This document shows positions 62,712 through 64,000 of a stretch of 64,000 bases of DNA, in pieces. The position numbers and the translations under genes are program-made. Source of the DNA: a virus (Duplodnaviria; Caudoviricetes); the IMG/VR virus record IMGVR_UViG_3300029288_000123, positions 27,136 to 91,135 of that record; one strand, given 5' to 3'. The notes beneath the pieces were generated by a model. That model worked only from the letters and a program-made list of their open reading frames with translations, ran no database searches and was not told the origin of the DNA. Within the stretch, counting starts at the first letter, position 1, and every line of letters begins with the position of its first letter.

Positions 62712-63473
62712 CTATACCCAAATCCTTTTAAATGTCAATACCCAAACAAAACAATTTGATTCCCACCTATTTTCTTTCTTGTGGATTGAGTTCCATAGAA
62801 ATTTCAAGCCTGTTTTATATGAGAATGTCGTTCCTTTCATTATTACCCCTTCTGCTTTTGCATCTTCTTCGCTTATCTCCTGCAACCTCTCAACCCTGAT
62901 ATTTATTATCTCAAGAGTTATGCGAGAAGCCCAGCGAGGCATGTGGATTGAGGGATGTTTTGTTATTAGTTGTGTTGGCATAAAAATCCAATTACCCTTG
63001 CCATGATAGTCTGATTTTCCATCCCAATCGTCAGGTGGGGATAACCACCAATATCCATGAGTATGCCTCCCGTCACAAGGAGTAAACCCCTCAGCGCCTG
63101 TTAGTTTAGGGTAATTGCAACATTCTGGAGTAGCAACATACTGAATAGAAGCGTAATCTTTACCTAAACTTAACTTCGAACCACAATCCCAACTGCTATA
63201 ATCATCGCCATCATAATCATTATCACACCAAAAAGTTTCTCGAACCCAAAGTCTGTCGCCTATCATTCCGTAGGGGCAACCACATAAAAAATTATCTTTT
63301 TCTTCTGGCTCTTTATGGCCCGTTGTTGTAAAAACATAAAATCCACTACCACAACCATAATATTTAAAATTCTGTGGTGGTTGAGGTTTAACAACCCTTC
63401 TCATCCGAGTCTTTCGACCTTCAAGAATAGCTTTAACCATTTCACTGCTAAAAATTATTGGTCGTTCTTTCAC
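62712..63473 (-). CDS. ASCH-domain phage protein
   Basis: MKERPIIFS.EMV.AIL.GRKT, GDRLWVRET, PSIHMPRWASRI, VERLQ.I...DA.AEG. Confidence 0.8.
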   Translation of the reverse strand: MKERPIIFSSEMVKAILEGRKTRMRRVVKPQPPQNFKYYGCGSGFYVFTTTGHKEPEEKDNFLCGCPYGMIGDRLWVRETFWCDNDYDGDDYSSWDCGSKLSLGKDYASIQYVATPECCNYPKLTGAEGFTPCDGRHTHGYWWLSPPDDWDGKSDYHGKGNWIFMPTQLITKHPSIHMPRWASRITLEIINIRVERLQEISEEDAKAEGVIMKGTTFSYKTGLKFLWNSIHKKENRWESNCFVWVLTFKRIWV

Positions 63474-63475
63474 TT

Positions 63476-63488
63476 CCCCCCCCCCCCC
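63476..63488 (-). repeat. G13 homopolymer
   Basis: 13 consecutive C on the + strand, 2 nt upstream of the GTG start. Confidence 0.9.
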
Positions 63489-63646
63489 TCTCCCCTAACC
63501 TTTTTTATTTTATATTTTATGCCTGTCTGTTTTTCTATCCAATCTTTAACCTCTTCAACCTCGCCCAACACTTCCCCTTCCACATCTTACTCTCATTACA
63601 AAGGACAACCAGAGTTGTTCAAAGGTTCTTATTCTTAATTTTCCAT

Positions 63647-63737
63647 ATTATACCAAACCTATTTCCAAAAGTCAAGTAAAAAATAAAAAAATTAATTTAT
63701 TTATAAGTATTATACTAAATATTTTAATAGTTGTCAA
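63647..63737 (-). promoter_or_regulatory. two tandem sigma70 early promoters
   Basis: TTGACT-17-TATAAT (63675-63647) and TTGACA-17-TATAAT (63737-63709). Confidence 0.85.
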
Positions 63738-63747
63738 CAAAAATTTT

Positions 63748-63777
63748 TGTCGCAAATAATATATACTTTTTCCGACA
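63748..63777. other. 30-bp palindromic site 2 (inverted copy of site 1)
   Basis: TGTCGCAAATAA-TATATA-CTTTTTCCGACA. Confidence 0.7.
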
Positions 63778-63841
63778 GTTTTTTTACCCTAAATTCCGAA
63801 AAAGCCAAAATAAGGGTTAATGTCAGTCCACCATATAGTCA

Positions 63842-63902
63842 AAAAACGCACAGAATACCCCCTATAACGCACGAACTCCCTCCGAGGCATACCTACATAT
63901 GG
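63842..63902 (+). repeat. bipartite intergenic element, degenerate copy C
   Basis: AAAAACGCACAGAAT with AGGCATACCTACATATGG at the same 38-nt offset. Confidence 0.55.
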
Positions 63903-64000
63903 CTTTTTCGATTTCTAAGCACAAAAGTTGTAAAACATAAAACTTTTGGTAAAACACAGCACAAAACTGGCGAAGCATAAAAGGGGCGAAGCACGAAAGG

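Overview
AT-rich tailed-phage (siphovirus-like) genome segment from a bacterial host, judged from consensus sigma70 promoters, SD sites, an ACP homolog and SpoVG. The host is not identifiable. The window has two convergent blocks. The + strand block (1-15.6 kb) holds two tRNAs, a ~10-kb operon of soluble glycan synthesis/modification enzymes headed by an ACP homolog lacking its Ser, and small hypothetical genes. The - strand block (15.75-63.7 kb) holds early genes including a tRNA/RNA-repair kit (intein-containing RtcB, CCA-adding enzyme, Thg1-like, RlaP-like nucleotidyltransferase, phosphatases, tRNA-Gly) and DNA-modification genes (Mom-like, MT-A70). It continues into the morphogenesis module: TerS, TerL with a mini-intein, portal-ChaB, inserted fibre/collagen/glycosyltransferase genes, protease-scaffold, MCP, neck, tail tube, chaperones, tape measure, tail tip and fibre. 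Top candidate systems: (1) two inverted 30-bp Xer/dif-like sites (28/30 identical) that exactly bracket the 48-kb minus-strand block, suggesting a flippable genome arm; (2) a virion-glycosylation system built around a Gly-Pro-Thr collagen head fibre; (3) a tRNA repair kit covering both ends and the anticodon. All protein calls come from motifs read by eye; no database searches were run.
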